Shown here: piece by piece, positions 7,959 through 16,641 of the stretch
Layout of the letters: every line of letters starts with the position of its first letter
How positions within the stretch are numbered: position 1 is the first letter of the stretch
NCBI GenBank assembly: GCA_964451595.1
Contig: CAYVIQ010000001.1
Coordinates: 1-29,930 of the forward strand
Length of the DNA stretch: 29,930 nucleotides
From: Candidatus Woesearchaeota archaeon
Lineage (GTDB): Archaea; Nanobdellota; Nanobdellia; Pacearchaeales; GW2011-AR1
Direction of reading: 5' to 3'
Notes under the pieces: generated by a model
Told to the model about the DNA's origin: nothing
Database searches by the model: none
What the model saw: the letters and a program-made list of their open reading frames with translations, nothing else
Made by a program: the position numbers and the translations under genes

Positions 7959-8990
7959 CTATAATTCTCTTAAAATTCTTTCCTTGAATTCTGGAAGGTA
8001 TTCTTTAGGGAAACTTCCTGCAGCAGCTTGGGCGTGTCCTCCTGCTGAAGCATATTCAAATCCCTCAACACACTTCTTCAAAATTTTTCCTAAATTAACT
8101 TCTCCTGACTGAGCACGAGCAGAAATTTTAATAAAATTCTTTTGAGAAGAATCTGCTGCCATAATGAAAATCTTATCTGGATTATCGTGGGAGATCTTTG
8201 AGATAACTTTTGAAACCATTCCAAATTTTGGATTTAAATAATCAAAAAATAAATTTTTGTCTGAATAAAATTCTGCTTCTTTCAAGAATTTATTTTCTGC
8301 TTCAATTGCAGCGTTTTCAACTTCGTTGCTAACTTTTTCCAATTCCTCAAAATTCTTTTCCAAAACAAAATCATAAACTTTCTTACAATCCGGTTTGTAG
8401 TAAATCAGAGCATTATCAATCTTTTGTGCAGTTTTTCCTGGAATTGATTCAAATATTTTTTCTTTATTAATCTCAGGGTAAATTGATTTTAAGAATTTGA
8501 GAGTTTCATCTTCTGTAAACGTATAATCTGCTATTATTGCTGAGCAAACTAACCATTCCAAGTTTTTTGTATAAAAATAGTTCTTTGCTAAATCAAAAAG
8601 TGCGTGTGAAGAACAATACTTTGATTCTGTTTTTATGATTCCTTCTTTATTTTCCAAGTTTTCATTTAATGGGTGGTGATCAAAAACTAAAACTTCTCCT
8701 TTATTTCTTAATAATTCTAAATCTTCTTTAGAGCCATCTGCATTCCAGTCTGTAAAGAATAATTTATCATAATCTCTTCTTTCTGCGAATTCTTTTAAAA
8801 CTCCTGCGCCATAGTTTAGGAATTCCATAAACTCTAGTTTTATGTTTCTTGATTTCAAAATTTTCTGCAAAAAAATTCCAGAAGTTATTCCATCGACGTC
8901 TGTATGAGTTACAATCCCCACTCTATCTTCTTCAGAAATAGAATTAACAAAATCATGAAAATGTTTTGGTGAGCCTAACAAATATTTCAT
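7959..8990 (-). CDS. DHH/DHHA1-family phosphoesterase (RecJ/NrnA-like)
   Basis: HTDVDG motif I, DHH motif III, C-terminal SAGGHAQAAAG. Start reassigned to ATG 8990, coupled by TAA-A-ATG to the upstream MBL gene. Confidence 0.9.
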   Translation of the reverse strand: MKYLLGSPKHFHDFVNSISEEDRVGIVTHTDVDGITSGIFLQKILKSRNIKLEFMEFLNYGAGVLKEFAERRDYDKLFFTDWNADGSKEDLELLRNKGEVLVFDHHPLNENLENKEGIIKTESKYCSSHALFDLAKNYFYTKNLEWLVCSAIIADYTFTEDETLKFLKSIYPEINKEKIFESIPGKTAQKIDNALIYYKPDCKKVYDFVLEKNFEELEKVSNEVENAAIEAENKFLKEAEFYSDKNLFFDYLNPKFGMVSKVISKISHDNPDKIFIMAADSSQKNFIKISARAQSGEVNLGKILKKCVEGFEYASAGGHAQAAAGSFPKEYLPEFKERILREL

Positions 8991-8991
8991 T

Positions 8992-9657
8992 TTATTCTTT
9001 CTCCAAAATCTCACATTTGATTTTATTTTCTTCGCAAAGTTCTTTAAATTCTTTTGCATCTTCTTCCGAACCGATTATGCTTCCCCAGTGCATTGGTATC
9101 GCGAGAGTAGGTTTTATTAATTTTGCAGTTTCTGCTGCTTCTTCAGGATTCATTGTGAATCTTCCACCTACTGGTAAAAGGGCAATGAATTCTTTTCCAG
9201 GTTGTTTGTGACCTGTAAGTTTTTGCATTTCGGGAATTAGGTCTGTGTCCCCCGAGTGATAGATTATTGTATTATGCATTTTAATTAGATATCCTAACCA
9301 TCCTTCTTCTTTAGGATGAAAATGCTTGTCTATATTATATGCAGGAACTGTAGATATTTGAATGTCACCCAAATTTATTTCTTGCATTGGTTCTATGATC
9401 TCCATTTTTATTTGAGTATTGAATCTTGCGATTTTACTTTGACAATCAGCAGGCATTATTATCCTTGTTCCATCTTGGATAATTTTTTCCATATCTGCCA
9501 CACTGCAATGGTCATAGTGGCTGTGAGTAATTAAAATTAAATCCGCTTTAGGCAGATTTTCTCTTATTTTGTAAGGATCAATGTAAACAATTTTTGAGTT
9601 TTTTATTAGAAATCCTGAATGGCCGAGCCATTTTAATTCTATATTTCCTATGTTCAT
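8992..9657 (-). CDS. Metallo-beta-lactamase-fold hydrolase
   Basis: WLGHSGF, THSHYDH, YHSGDT, LPVGG..TM, IPMHW. Confidence 0.93.
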   Translation of the reverse strand: MNIGNIELKWLGHSGFLIKNSKIVYIDPYKIRENLPKADLILITHSHYDHCSVADMEKIIQDGTRIIMPADCQSKIARFNTQIKMEIIEPMQEINLGDIQISTVPAYNIDKHFHPKEEGWLGYLIKMHNTIIYHSGDTDLIPEMQKLTGHKQPGKEFIALLPVGGRFTMNPEEAAETAKLIKPTLAIPMHWGSIIGSEEDAKEFKELCEENKIKCEILEKE

Positions 9658-9733
9658 GTTTTCAAAAATTGTTTGTAGTTTTTAAGGATTTTGTAATAAT
9701 AATTCATAAAAAATAAAATTTGGATGAAACGAA

Positions 9734-9811
9734 CTATTCGTCGTCTTCACCAGACATGTCTTCTTCATCCATGTCTTCTTCTTCGTCTTCAAAGTCTTCA
9801 TCGTATGCCAT
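9734..9811 (-). CDS. 25-aa hyperacidic microprotein MAYDEDFEDEEEDMDEEDMSGEDDE (not in ORF track)
   Basis: GGAGGT SD (9819-9824) 7 nt upstream, TTTAAAAG box (9856-9863), downstream U-tract; 17 of 25 residues are D/E. Confidence 0.8.
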   Translation of the reverse strand: MAYDEDFEDEEEDMDEEDMSGEDDE

Positions 9812-9923
9812 ATAGAAAACCTCCAGTTTTAATTAAAAACTTGTTTTTTCAATTGCTTTTAAATATTACGTTACACTGAAAAATAGATAAAAACTAGAGA
9901 AAAATTTAAAAGGGATTATTTAA

Positions 9924-11240
9924 CTACGGCGACATTCGTTTCATGGTTCTTGGGAAAGGGATAGCATCTTTTATCGTCGATAAACCGCAAATCCAAGAAA
10001 TCACTCGTTCAACACCCATGCCAAATCCTCCATGAGGGATTGAACCATATCTTCTTGAATCAAAGTAAAATTCATAATTATTCAAATCTTCTCCTTCTCT
10101 AATCAAGTTCTCTTTTATAACCTCAATATTCTCTTCTCTCTGTGAAGCTCCAAAAAGTTCTCCGTAACCTTCAGGGCCAATAACATCAAAGCCTTGAACG
10201 GTTTTTTTATTTTCTGGCTTGTCTAAAGTCTCTGGAGATTCTTTCATATAAAATGCTTTAACAGATTTAGGATAATCAGTTACAATTACAGGGGTGTCGA
10301 AAAGTTCTGAGAGTTTGTCTTCTTCAATTGTCCTTAAATCCTTGCCCCATGGAATTTTAAAATCAAATTTTTCCTTTAATAATTTTAATACTTCAGTGTA
10401 AGTCATTTTTGGGAATCTTTTCTTTACAGTGGCTTCAAGAGTTTTTATGTCACGTTCTAAAATATCTAGTTCGGGTTTGTTAATTTCTAAAACTTTCTTA
10501 ACAATATGTTTCATCAAATCTTCTGCGTGGTTTTGGAGTTTTTCAAAAGTCGTCCAAGCCTCTTCCATTTCGGCATGCCAATATTCAGTCAAATGTCTTG
10601 ATGTATTTGATTTTTCTGCACGGAATGATGGCGCTATGCAATATATTTTCTCTAGTGCGAAAATTGCAGTTTCTGCATGAAGTTGCCATGTTTGTGCGAG
10701 GTACATTTTTTTCCCGAAATAATTTACTTCAAAAACACTTGAACCTGATTCTCCTGCTGCACCAAGTAATTCTGGTGATTGAAATTCGTAAAAGCCTTTA
10801 CTTCTAAAATATTCATGGATTGCTCCAAAAACTGTCGATCTAATCTTTAAAATTGCAATCATTTTTCTTGAACGAAGCCATAGATGTCTTCTATCTCCGA
10901 GAAGTTCTTCATTCAGATCTTTGTTTATTGGAAAATCTTCTGCAATATGAATTACATTTATTTTTGAAACAGCAATTTCATAACCGCTAGGCGCACGTTC
11001 ATCTTTTTTAATTTCACCCTCAAGTTCAATGGAACTTTCAATTTTTAATTTGTCAATTTTTTCCCAAATTTCTTCAGAAAAATTTTCTTTTTTTAGAACA
11101 CATTGTATTATATTTGAAGAATCTCTAAGAACAATGAATTTCATTTTATTACTTCCACGTTCTCTATAAACCCAACCATGAACAGAAACTTTACCTTTCC
11201 CTTTTTTCATGGCATCACTAATTGAGATATAATTTGTCAT
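9924..11240 (-). CDS. asnS: Asparaginyl-tRNA synthetase
   Basis: OB-fold GWVYR..FIVLRD and RAPSG, motif 2 FRAEKSNTSRHLTEYW, motif 3 PHGGFGMGVER. Confidence 0.93.
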   Translation of the reverse strand: MTNYISISDAMKKGKGKVSVHGWVYRERGSNKMKFIVLRDSSNIIQCVLKKENFSEEIWEKIDKLKIESSIELEGEIKKDERAPSGYEIAVSKINVIHIAEDFPINKDLNEELLGDRRHLWLRSRKMIAILKIRSTVFGAIHEYFRSKGFYEFQSPELLGAAGESGSSVFEVNYFGKKMYLAQTWQLHAETAIFALEKIYCIAPSFRAEKSNTSRHLTEYWHAEMEEAWTTFEKLQNHAEDLMKHIVKKVLEINKPELDILERDIKTLEATVKKRFPKMTYTEVLKLLKEKFDFKIPWGKDLRTIEEDKLSELFDTPVIVTDYPKSVKAFYMKESPETLDKPENKKTVQGFDVIGPEGYGELFGASQREENIEVIKENLIREGEDLNNYEFYFDSRRYGSIPHGGFGMGVERVISWICGLSTIKDAIPFPRTMKRMSP

Positions 11241-11283
11241 TCAAATATTTGGTAAAAGAGTTTAATAAAATTTGTGTTTTTAA

Positions 11284-11403
11284 TTATGTGGTCAAGATTT
11301 TTGCAAGATCAAAGAGATACTCTGAGAAAGCTATTGGTGCAATAATCAATGCTAAAGAAAATTGCAATAAAAGTTTTAATTTTTTAGATTTCTTTTTTTT
11401 CAT
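11284..11403 (-). CDS. Putative 39-aa single-TM small protein MKKKKSKKLKLLLQFSLALIIAPIAFSEYLFDLAKILTT (not in ORF track)
   Basis: Fills the aspS-asnS gap on the same strand; basic N-terminus followed by a hydrophobic helix. Confidence 0.5.
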   Translation of the reverse strand: MKKKKSKKLKLLLQFSLALIIAPIAFSEYLFDLAKILTT

Positions 11404-11422
11404 TTTATTTCTTAAATTTTTT

Positions 11423-12697
11423 TTAAGGAGTTAGTCTAGTTCTATCTCTTGGAAATAAAACAGCCTCTCGAATATTTTCTAAACCTAAAATTAACATTGT
11501 CAATCTTTCTAGTCCGAGTCCCCAGCCTGCGTGAGGCGGAGCTCCATAGCGGAAACTGTCAATATACTCTTTGAAATCTTTTGGGTCGAGTCCTTTAACT
11601 TTTAATCTCTCCTCAAGAATTTCTGGGATGTGGACTCTTTGTCCTCCTGAAGAAATTTCCATTCCCTTGTAAATAGCATCGAAACCTCCAGAAAGACTTT
11701 CTCCTTTGGGCATTATGTAAAAAGGTTTTCCTGCGATAGGCCAATCATGAACAAATACAATTGTATCTGGAAACAACTCTCCTAATTTTTTCTCGCCTTC
11801 GCCAGTCAAATCCAACTTCTCAGTATTGATTTTATTTTTCTTTAACAACTCATTTGTTTCATCAAAAGTCATATACTTGACACCTGGGACTTTCAAATCA
11901 ACTTTCAAAATGCCCAATTCTTTCTTATTAACTTCTAAAACTTTCTTAACAATATGCTGAACACATCTCGCTAAAACATCCATTACAACAAATTCATCGG
12001 CGAAACCTTGTTCATAATCTAATTGTCTTGATTCATTAAGATGTCTTGGAGTGTTGTGTTTTTCTGCACGCCAGACAGTAAATATTGTGAAAACTTTCTC
12101 AATAGCACAAGCAATCATTTGTTTGTATAATTGACAACTCTGACTTAAATATGCATCTTTTTCGAAATATTTTAACTTGTATAATTCTGTTCCTCCTTCC
12201 GAACTAGCACCAATTATAGAGGGGAAAACTGCTTCTAAAGCTCCTTCTTCATCCATAAATTCCCTGTAAGCTTTCATGATTGTAGACTGAACCCCAAAAA
12301 TCGCTTGAATATTTGGCTTTCGAATATCTAAAAATCTGTAGTCTAATCTATTTTGAAATGAAGCAGGAGTCTCATTTTTCTCATTAACATGTATTGGTAA
12401 TTTTCCAGCATTTGAAATAATCTCTAAATCTTCTAATTCAATTTCAATATCCTCTCGCACAAATTCCGCCTTAACATTCGCAGATTTAACTTTACCTTTA
12501 ATTTCAATTGCACTCTCTAAAGAAAGTCCAGCAACTTTTGCCATAATTTCATCCGCTTTTGCAATACACTGAACAATACCTGTTCTATCTCTCAAAAGAA
12601 GAAATTTCAATTTAGCAAGATTCCTAATTTCATAAACCCAACCTTGAAGAGTAACTTCCTTTCCAGGTTTTATATCTTTTATGTATGTTTTTTCCAT
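11423..12697 (-). CDS. aspS: Aspartyl-tRNA synthetase, archaeal/eukaryal short type
   Basis: GWVYE..FLLLRDRTG, RLDYRFLDIR, LSQSCQLYKQ, RAEKHNTPRHLNE, EISSGGQR, PPHAGWGLGLER. Confidence 0.95.
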   Translation of the reverse strand: MEKTYIKDIKPGKEVTLQGWVYEIRNLAKLKFLLLRDRTGIVQCIAKADEIMAKVAGLSLESAIEIKGKVKSANVKAEFVREDIEIELEDLEIISNAGKLPIHVNEKNETPASFQNRLDYRFLDIRKPNIQAIFGVQSTIMKAYREFMDEEGALEAVFPSIIGASSEGGTELYKLKYFEKDAYLSQSCQLYKQMIACAIEKVFTIFTVWRAEKHNTPRHLNESRQLDYEQGFADEFVVMDVLARCVQHIVKKVLEVNKKELGILKVDLKVPGVKYMTFDETNELLKKNKINTEKLDLTGEGEKKLGELFPDTIVFVHDWPIAGKPFYIMPKGESLSGGFDAIYKGMEISSGGQRVHIPEILEERLKVKGLDPKDFKEYIDSFRYGAPPHAGWGLGLERLTMLILGLENIREAVLFPRDRTRLTP

Positions 12698-12899
12698 GTT
12701 TTTAGAAAAGAGAAGTAGTTTATTAAGATTTTGATTATAAATAAATTATTTTATGTCCAACAACACCCAGATTATAAACTTCAGATTTCCAAATTTTTGT
12801 TTTTCCTCCTCCTTCATGAATGTGTATACAAAAAACATATTTTGTCTTTTTTACTTTAACTAATTTTAAGAATTCTATTATCTAATAATTAATATAAAA

Positions 12900-14360
12900 T
12901 TACTTCAATAACTTCTCAATTATTTCCATAACTTCCTTGCCTGAAACTTGTCCCTTAAATTCTTTCATGACCAACCCCATGTAAGCATTTGCGTTTAGAT
13001 TCGGTTTTTCTTTTATTATCTTTATTATTTTTTCTTCAACCTCTGAATTGTCAATTTTTTCTATTTTTATTGCATCCTCTAATTTTTCTCCTTCAATCAA
13101 CTTAATTAAAACATCTCTCATGTCACTCTCATCAATTTTTCTTTTTTCAACGGCTTGTAAAATATCTCCTGCATTATCCAAAATAATTTCGTCTACTTCT
13201 TCAAGATCTTTGTTCAATTTTTTAGAAATTTCTTTAGGAAAAAGTAAAATTACTTTTGCAATAAAATTAACATCTCTATAAAATCCAGTAAGATTTACAA
13301 AATCATCAACTTTGTTTTGCTTAAACAAAAGTTTAATCATTTCTTCGGATAAACCTTTCTTTTTCAAATCTTTTTCAATTTCACTTCTTAGTTTAGGTAA
13401 ATCTTTTTTGCAAGCATTAATAAAATCACGCGAAATTTTCAACAGAGGCAAATCTGTTTCGGGATACATTCCATCTGCTCCGGGCATTGGTCTAAGAAAT
13501 TCCGTTTTACAATCTTTGTCATTTAAAGCATTTCTGACTTCAGGTTTTACTGGAGTTTTTTTGTCGGATAACTCCTTTTGTCTGTTAATTTCATTATTAA
13601 TCGTTCTCAAAAAAGTTTTCATATCTTGCATACCTTTTAGTTCAACACGGTTTTCATTTCTTATTGAAATATTTACGTCTTGTCTAATTGTTCCAATTCC
13701 ACGACGAACTTTACAACTTCTCAAAACATCACCGATTTTCAAAGCACATTCTTTAGCTTGTTCAGGAGTTTTAATGTCAGGAGCAGTAGCAATTTCGATT
13801 AAGGGGATTCCTAATCTATCTAAACTCCAATAAATATTATTATTTTCCGTTTTAGTTTTCCTAGCTGAATCTTCTTCTAAACAGATACTATCAATTTTTA
13901 CTATGCCTTCAGAAGTTTCAACGTGACCATCCCGTGCAATCAAAACTGTTCTCTGGAATCCAGAAGTATTACTCCCATCAACGACAGTCTTTCTCATTAT
14001 TTGAGTAATCGGCTGAATTTTACAATTCAAAAGTAAAGCAATTTGCACTACGATTTTCAAAGCTTCAGAATTAATTTCATGGGGAGGTTCTTCGTCTAAT
14101 TCTATTAAACAAGAGTTTTCTTTGTGTCCTTGATAAAAGAATTTTTTATTTAACGTTGCTTGATATTTTGCGGCTACATCTATTTCTCCAGATTCTCCAG
14201 CTACAGCATGAAGTTTTCTTTCTACTTCAAAATCGGATTTATCTGTTCGTAAAATTGCGGGGCAATCACAAAATAATTTTTTTCCGTTTGCATCAAGCTG
14301 TTGATGAACTTCTAAACCTGATTTAAATTTTAATTCTTTATAGTCTAATTCGTTTGACAT
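12900..14360 (-). CDS. gatE: Glu-tRNA(Gln) amidotransferase subunit E, lacking the AspRS-like insertion domain
   Basis: GLEVHQQL, DGSNTSGFQRT, CLEEDSAR, LDRLGIPLIEIAT, RGIGTIRQDVN, MYPETD; only 486 aa. Confidence 0.96.
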   Translation of the reverse strand: MSNELDYKELKFKSGLEVHQQLDANGKKLFCDCPAILRTDKSDFEVERKLHAVAGESGEIDVAAKYQATLNKKFFYQGHKENSCLIELDEEPPHEINSEALKIVVQIALLLNCKIQPITQIMRKTVVDGSNTSGFQRTVLIARDGHVETSEGIVKIDSICLEEDSARKTKTENNNIYWSLDRLGIPLIEIATAPDIKTPEQAKECALKIGDVLRSCKVRRGIGTIRQDVNISIRNENRVELKGMQDMKTFLRTINNEINRQKELSDKKTPVKPEVRNALNDKDCKTEFLRPMPGADGMYPETDLPLLKISRDFINACKKDLPKLRSEIEKDLKKKGLSEEMIKLLFKQNKVDDFVNLTGFYRDVNFIAKVILLFPKEISKKLNKDLEEVDEIILDNAGDILQAVEKRKIDESDMRDVLIKLIEGEKLEDAIKIEKIDNSEVEEKIIKIIKEKPNLNANAYMGLVMKEFKGQVSGKEVMEIIEKLLK

Positions 14361-14401
14361 GAGGAAATTAATTATAAGAATTATTTAAAGTTTGGGGATT
14401 A

Positions 14402-14725
14402 TTACCATTTGAATTTTTTTATTTTTTCATAGGTTAAATCATTAAATGATGAAATTCCCTGTCTCTGAAAATGATTAGCCACAAGTTTTATTTCGTTCAG
14501 ATGGTAGTCTGGAATATTTTGTTTAATATCTGCTAAGATAAATTTATACCCTCTTTCATTTAGATAAAAAATTCCATTGTTCCCATTGACAACAATTTTT
14601 CTTTTTCCGTCACAGAAGATTTTTGGAATTTCATTTATTCCCCAAGCTTGTATCTTTCTTTGAGATTCTTCTCTTGGAAAATCTAATGGTTGCAGTTCAG
14701 ATATTTTTATTAATTTTAGCGTCAT
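14402..14725 (-). CDS. Hypothetical protein, possibly a degenerate ParB/Srx-like fold
   Basis: 107-aa ORF; LIKISELQP...KIVVNGNNG...GYKFILA pattern resembles ParB N-terminal domains (inference). Confidence 0.6.
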   Translation of the reverse strand: MTLKLIKISELQPLDFPREESQRKIQAWGINEIPKIFCDGKRKIVVNGNNGIFYLNERGYKFILADIKQNIPDYHLNEIKLVANHFQRQGISSFNDLTYEKIKKFKW

Positions 14726-14873
14726 TTGTAATCTTTTAATTTGTTTGGAATCTTGTAAATTGGTTTAAGTCTGATAAATTTCTAAATTATTTAAATCTTT
14801 TTATTTGTAATCACTGTGAAGTTATTATCAATGGAACCAACAAATTTATAACTAAAATTTTCTAAGGAGTATT

Positions 14874-15317
14874 ATGAAAAAAGATGTGAAAAAAAATGAT
14901 TCAAAGAAATCTCTGAAAAACAATAAAAGAGGGGTTATAGAAATGGTGACTCATCCGAATATTTTGCCTAGAACGTTTGGTCAAAAAGCCTCGGACAAGC
15001 TTACTCAAGTTGCAGGTAGTTGGGGATTTATTTTAGGTTTTATTATGGTTATGATTTTTTGGATTATTGCAAATGGCTCGTGGATTATCTTTGGAAAAAG
15101 ATGGGATCCTTATCCGTTTATTCTTTTGAATCTTGCACTTTCTTGTCTTGCTGCAATTCAAGCACCGATAATTTTGATGTCACAAAATCGGGAAGCTCAG
15201 AAAGATAGGCAGAGAGCTGAATATGATTATGCTGTAAATAGAAAGGCTGAAAGGGAAATCCAAGAATTAAAAAAAGTTTTGGATAAGATTGATAGAAAAA
15301 TTGGTGGAAAGAAATAA
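14874..15317 (+). CDS. DUF1003-family membrane protein
   Basis: TFGQKASDKL..AGSW.FI, WDPYPFILLNLALSCLAAIQAPIILMSQNR, D......DY.VN.KAE.EI. Confidence 0.92.
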   Translation: MKKDVKKNDSKKSLKNNKRGVIEMVTHPNILPRTFGQKASDKLTQVAGSWGFILGFIMVMIFWIIANGSWIIFGKRWDPYPFILLNLALSCLAAIQAPIILMSQNREAQKDRQRAEYDYAVNRKAEREIQELKKVLDKIDRKIGGKK

Positions 15318-16604
15318 TTATTCTTCAAAACCCAACCTATTGTTAAATTCCTCTGAAATGTTTTCTAACATTTTTTCTTTTATTTTTACTTTGTCTTTTG
15401 CCCAATCTTTGTGTCCTAGAATCCAACCTAGTTTTGTGAATGCGGTTTCGGAAAGCATATCTTCCAAATAAATGACGCCTGCATCTTTTAGTTCACGTCC
15501 GGCAGAATAAATGAAAGGATCAACACGCCCGTTAATGCACTGAGATGTCCCACAAATTGTCATTCCTTTTTGAATTAATTCTTTGATTTTTTTTGTCCAA
15601 GGATTTCTAGAGCCAGATGTTGCCCCCTGACCGATTCCTGCAAATTCTATTACGATTCCTTGATACCCTTCTTTTTCATAAAAATCTAGAATTTCAGCTG
15701 GCTGTCCTGGATAGAATTTGACCAGTGCAACTTTTTCTTCGAATTTATTATCTAGCTTGACTTTTTCTTTATTTCTTTTATGGTATTTCTTTAGAATCTC
15801 AATTTTGTTGGAAGAAACTCTTGCTATTGGATTGTCGTTTATTGTCTTGAATGCATCTCTTCTTGAAGTGTGAAGTTTTCGGACTTTTGTCCCAGACATC
15901 ACATTGCAAAAATTATCATTAGAGTTTGCGTGTCCGACGAGAACGACTTCCGCAATATCACTTAGTCCAGCAATTTCTGCAGAACAAATTAAATTCAAAT
16001 TTGCATCGGATGAAGCACGATCAATGCTTCTTTGAGAGTAAGTTAATACTACTGGCTTATTTAAATTTCTTAACATAAAGCTCAATGCGGATGAAGTGTA
16101 ATGTAAAAAATCTGTTCCGTGCGTTATTATTACTCCTTGGATATTTGAATCATTCAAAAGCATTTCGCAAACTTTTGCAATCTCTTTCCAATCTTTGTAA
16201 TCCATATTTTCCGACCATTTCATAAAAGGTATTTCTACTCTTGAAATATTTACTTTCTCAAAAAGTTCGGGGTAGAATTTAAATAAACTTTCGGGGGTGT
16301 CTAAAGGATGAACTCCACCAGTTTTAGAATCATAACGCGAAGCGATTGTACCCCCTGTAATAATCATTGCAACATTTGGTTTTTTTGGATTTTTTTTAAT
16401 TTCTAATTTTTCTTCAGAAGGTCTTGATTTTTTTAGAGTTTTAATTTTTAAAATATCTTTTTTGTTAAATCCAATGTTATATCCAGTACCTAATTTAAGT
16501 AAAACGGTTTCAGTTTCTGGACTTTCCAAAAGTGTTCCTTCATAAATTGTTTTCATCAAATGAATTTCTACTAAATCTCCTAATTGAGAGTTTGTTTTTT
16601 CCAT
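15318..16604 (-). CDS. gatD: Glu-tRNA(Gln) amidotransferase subunit D (asparaginase-like)
   Basis: N-terminal LKLGTGYNIG, TGGTIASR, HGTD, SQRSIDR.SSD, KLHTSRRDAF, TSQC..GRV, MLSETA..KL.W.LG. Confidence 0.96.
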   Translation of the reverse strand: MEKTNSQLGDLVEIHLMKTIYEGTLLESPETETVLLKLGTGYNIGFNKKDILKIKTLKKSRPSEEKLEIKKNPKKPNVAMIITGGTIASRYDSKTGGVHPLDTPESLFKFYPELFEKVNISRVEIPFMKWSENMDYKDWKEIAKVCEMLLNDSNIQGVIITHGTDFLHYTSSALSFMLRNLNKPVVLTYSQRSIDRASSDANLNLICSAEIAGLSDIAEVVLVGHANSNDNFCNVMSGTKVRKLHTSRRDAFKTINDNPIARVSSNKIEILKKYHKRNKEKVKLDNKFEEKVALVKFYPGQPAEILDFYEKEGYQGIVIEFAGIGQGATSGSRNPWTKKIKELIQKGMTICGTSQCINGRVDPFIYSAGRELKDAGVIYLEDMLSETAFTKLGWILGHKDWAKDKVKIKEKMLENISEEFNNRLGFEE

Positions 16605-16641
16605 GATTAATCGAACTCAATTAGAATTAAAAAGTTTTGGA

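Noticed and set aside
8991-9059. N-terminal extension of the DHH protein
   Set aside because: It overlaps the MBL gene; ATG 8990 is coupled to the MBL stop codon.
12746-12838. 30-aa ORF MFFVYTFMKEEEKQKFGNLKFIIWVLLDIK (minus strand) and an overlapping startless frame (IHEGGGKTKIWKSEVYNLGVVGHK)
   Set aside because: Two competing frames, slightly off promoter spacing and no motif; cannot tell small gene from pseudogene remnant from noise without homologues.
14831-14851. Six-codon uORF upstream of DUF1003
   Set aside because: It lies upstream of the gene's own TATA box (14844-14851), so it is probably not on the mRNA.
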